Source: the human T2T-CHM13v2.0 reference genome, Homo sapiens
Length of the DNA stretch: 64,000 nt
NCBI RefSeq assembly: GCF_009914755.1
Contig: NC_060937.1
Direction: 5' to 3' (one strand)
Below, piece by piece: positions 42,076 to 56,386 of the stretch. Below the pieces are notes generated by a model. That model was not told the origin of the DNA. It ran no database searches and saw nothing but the letters and a program-made list of their open reading frames with translations. The translations under genes were made by a program, and so were the position numbers. Within the stretch, counting starts at the first letter, position 1. Every line of letters starts with the position of its first letter.

Positions 42076-42571
42076 CCTCTCAGGTATTTCTTTATAGCAA
42101 TACAAGAATGGCCTAACACAGTGTCTGTGTCAAATCTCCCTCTGCCTTCCTTTTATGTGATCCCATTTAGGGCCTACTCAGGTAATCCAGGACAGTCTTC
42201 CCAAGGCAAGATCCTTAATCCCATCTGCAAAATATTTGCCATGTAAGGTAACATTTACAGATTCCAGGGTTTAGGACTGGATATCCTTGTCTACTACAAC
42301 CTTCATACCTACTCTTTTAGACTTTTCTCACCATCTCCTTCCCCTCTATTCCATCTGAGGTCTCCACCTCATATTTCATTCAGAAAATAGAAATAAAATC
42401 CTTCATCTTCCCACCACCAAATCTGCCTGCATCCTTGCCTAACTGATACCTCTCCTTCTCTCCTATTAGAGTGGAAGACATGTCCCTCCTGCTCTCAAAG
42501 CTCAGTTCCCCCACTGGGGTTCCTCTCTTCATCACTCATCTCTTTCTCAAGGACTTCTCTTCTTTAATATC

Positions 42572-42611
<40 letters not shown>

Positions 42612-43270
42612 CTCCCTCCCTCCCTCTCTTTCCTCATCATTTCTCTCTCTGTCCCCACTGGATTATTTCCAATAGTATTAGAAGAGGCTCGAGCACTTTT
42701 TATCTTTAGAAAATCTTCCTCTTGACCCCACACTTCACATCCCCTCCCACTCTACCTGATTTCCCTGCCCCTCTTTTTATGTAATTTCTTTTTTTCTTTT
42801 TATAAATCAAATTTTTAATTGAGAAATTTGTAGATTCACAGGCAATTGTAAGAAATAAAACTTAGCAATGTCATGTACCCTTTACCCAATGGTAACATCT
42901 TGCAAAATTATGATACAATATCATGACTTGGATATTGATATTCATATAATCAATGGATCTTATTTAGATTTGAGCAGCTTTTTGTCCTGTGCATGTGTGT
43001 GCACGCACGTCTATTTAGTTGTACTTAATTTTATCACATGTATAGGGTCATGTATCCTTCACCACTGTCAAGATACAGAGCCATTCCATCATCACTAGGA
43101 TCCCTCCAGTTGGTTGCCATTTAATAAACACGCCCCCCCTCTCTCATTCTTTCCTGACCCCTTTCTCCTTCTCATCTCCTCCCCACCCAACTTTCTTTCC
43201 CTAAGCCCTGGAAACCATTAATGTGCTCCTTTTGTAAAATTTTATCATTTAAAAAATACATATATGCATG

Positions 43271-43276
<6 letters not shown>

Positions 43277-43319
<43 letters not shown>
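43277..43319. repeat. (TG)n microsatellite, about 21 units
   Basis: Directly visible. Confidence 0.95.
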
Positions 43320-43321
<2 letters not shown>

Positions 43322-43822
43322 TTGAAATTATACAGCATGTAATCTTTGGGGATTGATTTTTTTCACTCAGCATAAATTCTGAAGATTTATATAATTGTAG
43401 CTAGTATCAATAGTTCATTCCCTTCTATTGCTCAGTAATATTACACAGTATGGGTGTATTATAGTTTGTTAACCACTCACCTGTAAAAATAATATCTGGG
43501 TTTTTTCTACTTTTTGGCTATTACAAATAAAGCTGCTATGCATATTCATGCATATTTGTGTATAAGTTTTCTGTGTGCATGTAAGTTTTCATTTCTCTGT
43601 AATAAATGCCTAAGAGTGAAATTTCTGAGGTGTACTATACATATTTTGTTTTATAAGAAATTGCTTAACTTTTTCAGAGTGACTGTACCATTTTACATTC
43701 CCACCCATGCATACCAACAATGTAAGAGTAATTCAGTTTCCCTGTAACCTGCTAGCATTATGTCTTGTCACTAATTTTTATTTTAGCCATTCACATAGAT
43801 GTGTAGTGATATTGCATCGTAA

Positions 43823-44121
<299 letters not shown>

Positions 44122-44172
44122 TGCACTGTAATTTTAATTTGAATTTTTCTAATAGCTAATGATGATGAACAA

Positions 44173-44825
44173 CTTTTTTTATTATCTCAACTTTTATTTT
44201 AGGTTCAGGGAGTGCAGATTTGTTATTAGGTTATATTGCATGATGTTGAAGTTTAGGATACAGATGATCCCATCGCCCAGTACAGAGTATAGTACCCAAC
44301 AGTTAGTTTTTCAACTCTTCCCCCTTTCACCCCCTCCCTCCAGTAGTCTTCAGTGTCTATTATTGCCATCTTTATGTTTATGAGAACCTAATGTTTAGCT
44401 CCCCCTTATAAATGAGAATATGTGATAGTTGGTGTTCTGCTCCTGCATAATTCACTTAGGATAATGGCCTCCAGCTCTATCCATGTTGCTGCAAAGGACA
44501 TGATTTCATTCTTTTTTATGGCTCTGTGGTACTTCATGGTATATATTACTACATTTTCTTTTTCCAATCCACTGTTGATGAGTATTAGGTTGATTCTATG
44601 TCTTTGGTATTGTGAATAGTATTGTGATGAACATATGAGAAAATGCGTCTTTTTGTTAGGATGATTTATTTTCTTTGGATATATACCCAGTAATGGGATT
44701 GCTGAGTCAAATGGTAGTTCTGTTTTAAGTTCTTTGAGAAATCTCCAAACTGTTTTCCACAGTGGATGAACCAATTTACATTCCCACCAACAGTGTGTAA
44801 GTGTTCCCTTTTCTCTGTAGCCTTA
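44173..44825 (-). mobile_element. Older L1PA/PB 3' end
   Basis: caacttttattttaggttcagggg...ttcacttaggataatggcctccagc; minus ORF 44406-44774 is L1 C-terminal. Confidence 0.9.
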
Positions 44826-45086
44826 CTACTGGTTGTCTCCTCAATCTGCTCTAGTCTAGGTTCCAACCATCATCCCAGGAAATGTCTCTTGTCAAGGCCA
44901 CTGATGGCTCCCACGGTTACTTTACCAGTCAGTAGAACTCATAATGGTGGCCACATCTTCCATCTTGCACAATATTTCTCTCTTGGCTTCTCTGACCTCA
45001 TGCTCTCCTGATATCCCTTCTACTTTTCCTTCTGCTCTTTCTTGAACTCCATTCCTACTCAAACTCTAAATGTTGAGGAATCTTAA

Positions 45087-45563
<477 letters not shown>

Positions 45564-45724
45564 TGAACATCTCACACACAACTCAGATTAATATCCCCAA
45601 AGCAGAATTTACAATCTCTCTATTCCACCCTCTACCTCATCTTACTCTTCTAATTAGCCATTCACCCAGGAAAATCATGGGAAGGTAAGAAGAAATAAAA
45701 GAAGACAAAATAAATTTATGTGAT

Positions 45725-46065
45725 AGAGATGGCACTGCCCAAATGTTTATAAACTGTCCACACAGTCATTCAGGATTCAGGCACCTTCCATCCCGTGGTT
45801 CCTCCATCCCCTTGGGCTTCAAAGTTCTTTGAATCCAGCCAAATGTCCTGAGAAGAAAGAGTAGAGAACACACAAACATTTCTTAAAACCCTAGCCCAGA
45901 AGAGGAGTATATTATTCCACTCACATTCTGTTGGTGAAAACTAGTCATGTGACCCTGCCTTGATGCAAAGGCTTCTGGGAAGTGTAGTCTCACTGGGCAG
46001 CTGCCCACTGTGTAAAGAGGAGCGCAAATTTGTTTCGGACAGCTAGTGGTCTCTCCCATGGCCAA
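45725..46065 (-). mobile_element. MLT1 (J/K-like) LTR fragment
   Basis: ccactcacattctgttggtgaaaactagtcatgtgaccc...ggaagtgtagtc...ggacagctagtggtctctccca. Confidence 0.75.
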
Positions 46066-48639
46066 TTAAACCACAGAATGCAGGACTGTGGTTGATCTGA
46101 GGAGATTAAAAATCTGAGAAATTACCATTTTTTAAAAGAATTTTTTGTGGGAAGAAAGAAAAGAAAGAGAGGATAGAAACAGTAAATGAGATGTTGAAGT
46201 ATTACAATCTATTTATAAGAGGATTTCTTATCCCACACTTTCCCTAGTCAGCTTACCTGAAGTCCCTGACTTAGGTAAGTGAGTAGTTATGAAAGGCAGA
46301 ATTTACAACATCAATGAAAGAGTTACTTTTAGGCAGGTAGGACATAGGAAGATACCGGGTCACACCATACAGAAGTCTCCTACTTTGCCCAAACAAAGGT
46401 GTTTTGGCTGTAGAAATTCTCCTTAAACTCATTCTAGTGGCACTGACTATCCAGGCCCCATCTGAATGCTCCCTGAATTCCTAACTACTCAGCCTTAACT
46501 TTCTGAATTCCTGTGGGCTGTATCTCTCTAGGGCATGAACAAGGCAACTGCTCCATGAGACCACCATAGAAGATAAACTAAAAAATGGATTTCTACAAAC
46601 TCCTGCCAGCATTTTGAAATGACTGCCCAAACAAATATGTTCTGACAGTTGCAAGAAAAGGATAAATAATAGATTCAGAAAAAAAAAATATCGTCAGCTA
46701 ATTGTTCTGTGAAACTCTCTTATGTTCTCCTAGGTGTCTGTTACAAATGAAGTTTTTAGTAAATGTAGTTTCCAAAGTAGCCTGACATCTCACCTTGGGA
46801 TGTGGCAGCTTTGTCTAATGAGCTGCCAGAGAATGGGATGGCAGGCAATGAAGAATTGAGTGCTCTAAGCCTTCCTTCCTCTTCCTTCACTTTACGTTGT
46901 TATTATGCAGAAGTGGGTCACGAACATTAAGAGAACTTTATTCAAATGTGGTGATAGATCAGCTGACAAAGTATATGCCTGGCTTGGCGAAGGCAGAAAA
47001 TCACAAAGTCATCACAGAGTATGGATCATAGAGGGCACATAAATGTCACAAACGACGACCATATTAGCAACCACAAGCCATTCTGCCTCTGAGAAATTTG
47101 AATTTCCAACAGAATCAGGGAATTTGGACATTGGCCACACCACAATAGAGAACATGGGCTGGAGGGGTAGGACATGGGGGTAGGTGGTGACATGTCAGGC
47201 AGAGAGCAGTGGAGTCCCCCATCCTGAAATGTAAGTGTCTAAATCTTCTTCAGTACAAAATTTTTGGGGATAATACAGCTCTAATGAGATGCTCTGTATC
47301 TGATAAGAATAAACAGCTATTGGCAGTTTTCCACAAGTCAAAGTGGCCTTGGGACATGTTCTCACCCACTTAGTTGCCACGAAGACTTCCAACTATGTTA
47401 CCATGGAGACAGCTTAGAAATCAAAGATATGACTTAAATTATTAAAGCCTACTAATCTAAGGAGAAACCCTGATAATTTGAATAGTTTTCCATTTAGACT
47501 GGCAATACTTATCTTGGAGCAAAAGAGAAATTAACATATTTTCTCAAAAGTTTATGAACTGTGACACTAGGTTTATCTCACTATATTTATTATTAGTCTA
47601 GATGCAGAAATTGTATGGTGCAGTAGCTTACGTAGCTTCATCCTGTCAGTTTGTCAATTTATATATGTATGATTTATAAGATATACTAGAGGATATAGTA
47701 CAGAGTTGCACATCACAAATGAGTTAACTACCACAGCCCCGCCCCCAAATAATCAATGTTCTATTCTGGTACAGTGTCAGAAGATGGCATACTAATAACT
47801 TGTTGGCAGAAAGGCCTGCCACTTAACTAATATTCAGTACAGCTGATGTCTTGTTAATTAAATATTGTCATGACCATAGGATAGAAGGTTTCTGCAGGGT
47901 AGGCCACCCTGTTCCAAGTTTATTCCACAGGGATTCAGGAAGCATTCAGATGGGACCTGGGTAATCAGTGCCACTACAATGAGTTTAAGGAGAACTTCCA
48001 CAGCCATACCTGTGTTTAGGCCAAGTAGGAGACTTCTGTATGGTGTGACTTGGTATCTGCCCAAGTTCCACCTGCCTGAAAGGAACTCTTTCATTGATGT
48101 TATAAATTCTGTCCTTCCTAACCACTCAGCCTAAAATCATAAGCTGAGAGTCATTCTCTTACTTTGACAGCAAATTTACAAACAATGTCTCCAAGGAATG
48201 GAAAAATGGAAATCCAAACCCAAAGAAGTCACTTTGGTTGTTGACAGAGAAGACACAAGATCACCAAACAGGTATCGTGGGCCAAAGCAAACCCTCATAA
48301 GACCCAGCAAGCAATAATGGGGAAAAAGAGGTTCTCCTTTCAGAGAGAAAAGGCAGCAGAAGTGGCTTGAAGTTTAAGGAATCTTTATCTCCCAAGCCTT
48401 CTCTCTTAAGAAGAGAATGAGAGTTTACATGCAGTGAAAATTACCTATATTTACTAAAACTGGAGGGAATCCATTCCTCTAGCATCCATTACTCCTCTGA
48501 CAGCCCCCTCCTCCTCTTCCTCTCCCTTTCCACAGATCCCTCAATCTGCTTCTCATGTCTATCCACCAACTTCAACACATACAAATTCTGGAAAAGAAAA
48601 AAATCACAAGCAGTAGGAACTTCCAATATCCATTATGCC

Positions 48640-49130
48640 TCTCTTCCTTCCGTAGACAACCCCATTTTTATTTGGGAAGAAAATATGCCCAGTAAAAAAC
48701 ACTCACCTCCCAAGACTCCACTGCAGCTCAGAATGGCCATGGAACTCGGTGAGATAAGAGCAGAATAGGGATGCTCTTGTTTTCCTCATTAAAAAGGATA
48801 AGAACTTGTTGGTACAAGCCTTCCATTCTTGCTCCTCCTCTTCCTTCCTGCTAGTATCCAGGCACAAAGCTGTAGAGAAAAGGTTAGAAGAACTTTGCTA
48901 TTTTCTTAAAATCAAGAGTGGGAAAAGCATGTCCTAGGGATGGTAGTGGGAGGTTAAAAGGAAACTTGATCCTTGAGGTTTCCCTTGAGGAATGAGCCTG
49001 GACTGCCACCTTTAGACTAATAGTTATATGAGAATAATCAATCTCTCTTTGAAATAAGACATTAATCAGTTTTATGCCACTAAAGATGATCTTGTTTGAT
49101 ATACCATGGCTGCTACTGAACAATGAGGAG
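48640..49130 (+). mobile_element. Old MLT1 LTR
   Basis: aaatatgcccagtaaaaaacac...ctgcagctcagaatggccatg...agcctggactgccacctttagact. Confidence 0.6.
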
Positions 49131-49200
49131 ACAAATAATGAAATATGAGGGAATGACATGAGAATAAAAGCTTGAAAATAGTGGGAGGAAGCATGGCTTC

Positions 49201-49378
49201 TGTATCAGTCAGAGCTCCACAAGAGAAAAAGAACCAATGGGAAATATGCATTAAGAGATTTATTGCAAGGAATTAATGACTGTCGGGGTTGGCTAGGCAA
49301 AGCAAAATCTGCAAGGCAAATTGTCGAGAAGGGTAGGCTGAAAACTCTCAGGCAAGAGCTGATTCTGCAATCCACGAG
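49201..49378 (-). mobile_element. Partial MLT2-type (ERVL) LTR
   Basis: tgtatcagtcagagctccacaagagaaaaagaaccaatgg...gagatttattgcaaggaatt...ggctaggcaa. Confidence 0.7.
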
Positions 49379-49379
49379 C

Positions 49380-51352
49380 AAGTTGTGCCTGGTCACCATA
49401 ATGCACAGCAAAGCCAAAGCAGTATTCATATAGTCTGAGATCTTCATTATTGGCTAGTTGATCATGGTAACCCTAGAACTGAAATATAAGGTCAGCCGAC
49501 TAAAATCTTACTTGATCTGTATAGGAGGAAAGCTCTAGAGATAGTGAACAGAAGTCTAACTTGAATCACCAAAACAGAGTCACAGTCCCTCACTCAATCC
49601 CCAGCTTCAGCCAGTTGATAGGCCCAGATCTCCTTAAATAAAGAGGAGGCCAGATCCTTCTAAGAAGAAATCCTGCTATGCTTCCAAAAAAGTGCCTGTA
49701 TACTATTAATCTTCTCAGTTGTCCCAAAATGTACCTGAAGCCATTTACTGGAGTAATTGCACATTGAGGAAGGGGAAATAATCAGGCTTTCTAGGGGTTT
49801 ACCAGATACTGACTCTAAACTGTCACTAATTCCTGGAGACCTAAGTGTCACTTCTCTATCACATCACAGCAAAAGAAGCTTGTGGAGGTCAGGTGAATGG
49901 AGATCAATGGAGTTTGGCTCAGGTCTGTTATAGTAGGCCCAGTGAGTCTAAACACAATGTATGGTTTTTACACCATTTCAAGAAGGCGTAATTGGAATAG
50001 ATATGCTTACAAACTGGAAGAATATCCGCATTGGTTCCCTGACCATGGAATAAGGCTTAGTACTGTAGGAAAGTCCAGTGGAAGCCACTAGAACTGCCTT
50101 TACTTAGGAAAATAGTAAACCAAAAGTCATACCATTCTTGTAGAAATTGCAAAGATTAATGCCATGATCAAGGACTTAAAAGATGCAGGGGTGCTTATTC
50201 CCAACTCCTAACACATTCCTATTCAGCTTGACTGTTTGGCTTCTGAAGAAGGCAGGTCTTGGAGAATGACAGTGAACTATGACAAGTGTAATTAGGTGGG
50301 GACTCCAATTGCAGCTGTTCTTCCAAATGTGGTTTCATTTGGAAACACATCCATTGGTACTTGTTATGCAGGAATTTATTTGGGAAATTATTTTTTTTTC
50401 TAGATCTATTAGTAAAGACCATCAGAGGCAGTTTGCTTCCAGCTAGGAAGACAGGCCAAATACCTTTAGTGACCTACTTCAGTGGTATATCAACTCTCCA
50501 GACCTACGTCATGATCAAGTTTGCAGGGACCTTGACTGCCTTTCCCCTCCACAGGATGTCCGTTACATTGATGATGTGATGTTGATTGGTCCTGGTGATC
50601 AGGGAATAGCAACTACTCTAACTATACTGATAAGATACTAATAGACCAAAGAATAGAAAATAAATTCCACAACAATTCCAGGGCCTGCCACCTCAGTGAA
50701 ATTTCTAGAGGCCCACTTGTCTGGGGAATGTTGAGATAGGCTTTCCAAGAGAAAGACAGTTGCTGCACTTGGTCCTCCCTGCCAATAAGAAAGAAGTATA
50801 ACACCTATTAGCCCTCTTTTGATTTGAGGGGCAATGTATACCTCAACCCACTTACCAAGTGATCCATAGGAGCTGCCAGTTTTGAGTGGTGCTCAAAATA
50901 AGCGAGGGCTCTGCAACAGGCCCAGGCTGCCATGCAAGGTACTCTGCTACATGGCCTGTACAACTCAGCAGATCTGGTGGTGCTTGAAGTGGCAGTGGCC
51001 CATAAAGATGCTGTTTGAAGCCTTTGGCAGGCCCCTATACATGAATTTTAGTGAAGATCGTTAGGATTTTGGAACAAAGTTATTCCAACCTCTGAAGATA
51101 ATTACACTGATCTTGAGAAACAACATTTGGTTTGCTGCTGGGCATTGGTAGAGACTGAATACTTGTCCATAGGATATCAAGTTAACATTAAACCTGAACT
51201 GCGCATCATCAACTGGGTGTGTTCTAACTCACCCAGTTATAGAGATGGGCATGCACAGCAGCACTATGAGGTCAGGCTTAAGCAGGTCTTTAGACACAAG
51301 TCTGACAAGAAATGATCCAGATGCCCATGGCCTCAATCATGATACATTATAT

Positions 51353-51407
<55 letters not shown>

Positions 51408-52045
51408 ATCTATGGCCTCTTAGGGAGTTCTCTATGATCATTTGATTGAAGAAAAAAATCTAAGGCTTGGATTACACATAGTTCTGCGCAATATGCAGTT
51501 ACCAACCAAAGTGGAGAGTTGCAATATTACAGTCCCAATCTGGAAAAACCCAGAAGGTGAAGGGAGGTTCTTCCAGTGGGCTGAACTTCAAGCAATGCAC
51601 CAGATTGTTCACTTTTCAGGAAAGAGAGATGCCCAAAGATACACGTCTATACCAATTTATGAGCTGTGGCTAATAAATTGTTTGGCGGGATGGTCAGAGA
51701 CTTGAAAGAAACACAACTAGAAAACTGGTGGCTAGGAAGTCTAGGAAAGAAGTATGTAGAGAGATATGTTCAAATGAGTAGAGTGTAAAGATATTTGTGT
51801 CCCTCATGAATGCTCATTAAAAAGTGACCTCAGGGAAGGATTATAATAATCAGGTGGGTTGGAGGGCCAGTCTGTGGAGGTTAGTCAGCCTCCTTCCCTG
51901 CCATTCCTGTCATTGCCCACTTGGTTCACAAAGAGGCCATGGAGGCAAGAATGGAGGTTATGCATGGGCTCAGCAACATGGACTTCCACTCACCAAGGCC
52001 AACCTGGCTACAGCCACTGCTAACTGCCCATTCTGCCAAGAGCCA
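49380..52045 (+). mobile_element. ERVL internal region (gag end, protease, RT, RNase H, integrase start), heavily decayed
   Basis: PDTDSKLSLIPGD at 49802 (protease-like); WRMTVNY at ~50259; YIDDVMLIGP at 50564; WAELQAMH (RNase H); HGGKNGGYAWAQQHGLPLTKANLATATANCPFCQ (integrase zinc finger). Confidence 0.88.
51352..51405. repeat. (CT)n(CA)n microsatellite within ERVL
   Basis: Directly visible. Confidence 0.95.
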
Positions 52046-52272
52046 GCAACTGCGTGAATGAGGTTGGAAACAGATCCTCCCACGGTCGAGCCTTGAGGTG
52101 ACTACGGCCCTAGCCAACAACTTCACAACAACCCCAGGTCAGACTCTGAGACAGAACTACCAGCCAAGCCGCTTCTTGGTTTCTGATCTAGAGAAACTCA
52201 GATATAATAAATGTCTGCTATTTGAAGATGATAGTCTTAAGCTAGTTTGTTACACAACAATGATAATATACA
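52040..52272 (+). mobile_element. MLT1D/E-like LTR 3' half
   Basis: gaatgaggttggaaacagatcctccc...gagccttgaggtgactacggccctagccaaca...tttgttacacaacaatgataatataca. Confidence 0.75.
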
Positions 52273-53929
52273 CCCAACATGAATAAAACCTTGTCCAGGA
52301 GTCTCAGATAACCCAGATGTGATAGTGATAGGAATCTCCAAGAGAGAACACTCACTGCTTTCCTTATTTTAGTTTTCTTTCTTGGTACTTTTTTAAAATT
52401 CTTATATTTACATGAAAAGAAGAATCATGCCTTATATTTGCCACTGAATAGCTGATTTCCAAAAATTACACATTCTTTTTTATCTATTTCCCTAGAAAAC
52501 TACATGTAGGCATTAACAGTTGGGGGGAAAGGACTGTTGCCCTCTATATTCTTTTTTTACCTTTCATTCAAGCACTATGATAATGATAGGGACTTATTTA
52601 AAAAAAAAAAGAAACAAAGAAAGAAAAGAAAAAGAAAGAAAGAAAGAGAGAGAGAGGAAGGGACCTGAGCCATAGGGACAGTTGTGTGATGTCTCTGACC
52701 CAGTATCAGCCATGAAAAAATAGAATTTATGATGGATATTACAGTTAAAATAGAGAAGTTATAAAATTGTGACAAAATGGGGAAGAACAGGAACATCTCC
52801 ACTTCTATTTTTTGCTCACCAGAATTAATTTGCCCTTCCTGCAGCACAGAGCTAGGCCACCTCTGAGTGACCAACAACTCTGACCTGAAATCAAACCCAA
52901 CTTCCACAGCTCTTGTAACCAGGAAGATTTTTTAATTCATGTGTGAGTCCCTACTCACCTGACACTCAAAGAGGAACTGCATCCTTTTGAACAGATTGAC
53001 TTCCAGGTGTAAATCTATATATTTTAATGGCATTTTTGTTATTGTTGCTGTTCAGAGAAAGATTAATTCTGTGCCCTTGCAACGTAATTTTTCTCTTGGA
53101 TTTTCTGACAATGAAAATAGGCCCTTAGAGAACTCATCGCTGTGGACAGGTTTCTTTCATCAGAATGCCATTCTTCTTTCTCTGCTCACTAGTAAGATAC
53201 AGATACTGCACCGCATTCGCTTCAGAAACAGAATCCTTGTCTCAAGTCTTTAAGATTTAATCTATTTCATTTTCCATCTTAAGTCTGCAATTATTCACTA
53301 CAAATCACTTACACATAACCCTTGGTCATTTTATTCATTTCTAGACGTTAAGAGATCACTCTGATTTTTACCTCAATAGTACTCTACAGGAATTTACTTT
53401 CATTTTAAAATGATGCATACTCTTCACTGTGGCAGTTGTCACCTCCTTGCAAAGAATGTATTAAACTACTCATTGGCAGGATCTTCAAATCTAGTGGTAC
53501 CATGTTGCTGGTGAGCTAAAATTAATTTGCCAGGTAATGAGGCGATCTTCTTTGCCCATTTCCCTAATTAATATTTTCCATATTTAATGGAAATTCTGAC
53601 CTCACCTTTCTGCCTTCCTCTAAGCAAATGATTACAGGCAAAAAAGCTGACCTTGGGTCTTCAAGACCCAGTTTTCCAAACTCTCCAAACTCCACTCGAA
53701 GTCATCTGACCTTGCTCTATTCAAGATGGGTTAGCGGAGACGCTGCAGCTACACTACCAGCTGAGGCAGCTGCTGCATTAAGATTTATATCTTAGTTAAG
53801 ATAAGAAACAAAGCTGATAGTTGCTTCAAAGCTTGGAGCAATGTCGAGATAGAAATCACAGAAGAGGGTAGGTCCTCAAGAGATATAATTTCTTATAATT
53901 ATATTTATCATATACAGATAAAAACATGG

Positions 53930-54412
53930 TATATTACCTTCCTGGGGTTTCAGTAGCAAATTACCACCAACTTGGCCACTTGAAACAACAGAAATTTACT
54001 CTTTCACAATTCTGGGAACGAGAAGGCTGAAATCATGGCATCGGTGGGGCTGTGCTCCCTCAGAAATCTCTCCAGGAGGCTCCTTTCCTGCGTCTTCCAG
54101 CTTTTGGTGGCTTTAGGCATTCCTTGGCTTGTGGCTACTTCACTCCAATGTCTTATTCCATGGTCACGTTGCCTCCTCCTCCTCTCTGTGTTTTCACTCC
54201 TATCTGTCTCAAATCTCCCTCTGCCGTTCTCTCATAAAGACATTCATCATTCGAATTAGGGCCAACCTGAGCAATCCCAAATAATCACCTTATCTCAACA
54301 TCCTTCATTTAATTACACCTGCAAAGACCCTTTTTCCAAATAAAGTCACATTCATAGCTGCCAGGAGTTTGATATGAATATCTTTCGAGGAGTCATTTTT
54401 CAGCTGACCACA
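53930..54412 (-). mobile_element. MLT1C-like solo LTR
   Basis: aaattaccaccaacttggccacttgaaacaacagaaattta...ctgcaaagaccc...ttcagctgaccaca; TSD catgg / cgtgg. Confidence 0.88.
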
Positions 54413-54679
54413 CGTGGGTATATGTGAAAGTGCAGACGTATGCACAAAGGAAACCAATTTCTGCAAGTTGAGGAATGGAATATTGAGTCAGCAAAACATA
54501 ACCACAGCAATTTAGCATTTTGTTTTGTCTGCTTTGTGTTTATCATAAGTGATTCTGCGAGAATACAAAACTGCAAAAACTTGATCCAATTTTCAAAGTG
54601 CCACAGTAAAATAAAATACAGTTAATGCTAGAATCTTGCTAATTGCAACAGAGAGAGAAATAAGAGAAAAAAAGAGTCT

Positions 54680-55105
54680 GTGGGCATATGAGTCAGAAAG
54701 AATGGGATTTGAATCCTGGCTATGCTGAACTCCAGACCTATATCCATGCATAAATTAACTTGTTTTTTTTTTTTACTAGGAAATAAAGATAATACATCTT
54801 ATGATAAAAACAATAGTTTAGAGTGATGCATGAAGAGGCACACTAACCACTAAGGGAGGGTCTCGCAATGGTCCGGGACAGTAAGGAGATTCAGCAAAAG
54901 ATTCAGCACCTCCTTGTTAGCACCCTTAGGTATGTTATACTTTCTACTTTACTGCATCTTCACAATAATGCTAAGATATAGCTGTGTCATCCACAATTCA
55001 GAGGTGAGTAAGGAGGCTCAGAGAAGGTAACTTGCCTGAAGTCTTGCAGCTATTAACTAACACAACTTGAATCGAAATCCAGGTCTTTCTAACCACAAAG
55101 TCTAT
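54680..55105. mobile_element. MIR fragments
   Basis: gagtcagaaagaatgggatttgaatcctggct (plus); cagaggtgagtaaggaggctcagagaaggtaacttgcctgaagtc (minus). Confidence 0.65.
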
Positions 55106-55907
55106 AGAAATGAGAAAAAAAAATAGATAAGGTTGATAGAGAAAAGCTCAATATCAAAACAATCAAATACATATTCAAATGTTGCCTTGACATGTTGACT
55201 ATACCCAATGCCTAGTGAGAGGTGCTGAAACACATAGGAGGGTGAATAAGGCACAGAGCCTGTCCTCAAGAAGCGTCACCCAACTCTGGCTACTGAAAAT
55301 AGACTAAGATCAGTCATCTGATTGCTTAACTATGAAGCAGTAAAGTCCAGTCCAGCATCAAATTGAAAAATTCTTAGCTATCTCTTACCTCAAATCTGAA
55401 TATCTAGAAGCAGAGCGTTCTAAGTGCAATACCAGCATAAGGTTATGGCTTTTCTGCATTGTTCCAATTCCACAGGGTGTTCCTACCTTGACCAGAACCT
55501 GCTACCATCTTAATCCCCCCTTCCCCCAACCACCTACCACCACTCCAAAGAGAGGGGACTCAAGCAGTGGTCCTCAGTTCCAACCAGTGAGCCAGGCAAC
55601 CTCATATACTTTGCCTAGTACTTGTCAATTCCCTTGAGAGTTGTAACCAGCTACTGGTTCTTCTTACTTGGAAACCAAACCCATATTTTAGACAGGATTG
55701 GGGTACCCTGGCCCTTTTAAAGTTCAACCTGGTTCCTTGGATAGTGAGACTGCCCTGGATTTGATTGAGGTTTTCCCACATTCATTCAGTCTTCGTTGTA
55801 AGGAGACAAGGTTCCTGTCATTTCTTCTGTCCTGAAGCTTTTTCTATTCCCATTGGCCAGCCCTGCCCCAGCAAATGAGCAGAGCTGAATGACAAATCAA
55901 TGAGCTA

Positions 55908-56386
<479 letters not shown>

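Larger units (their letters stand above)
40961..42120 (+). mobile_element. MST (B-like) MaLR LTR carrying two L1 insertions
   Basis: taatatagtgttgatgtttgtttccacccaaatc ... aagcttcctgaggcctccctagaagctgagcagatgccagc ... caagaatggcctaacaca. Confidence 0.88.
40695..42298 (-). mobile_element. MLT1B/C-like LTR split by an MST insertion
   Basis: Left part: ttaccacaaacttagtggcttaaacaacagaaatttattc. Right part: caaatctccctctgcc...gccatgtaaggtaacatttacagattccaggg...ctactaca. Confidence 0.85.
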
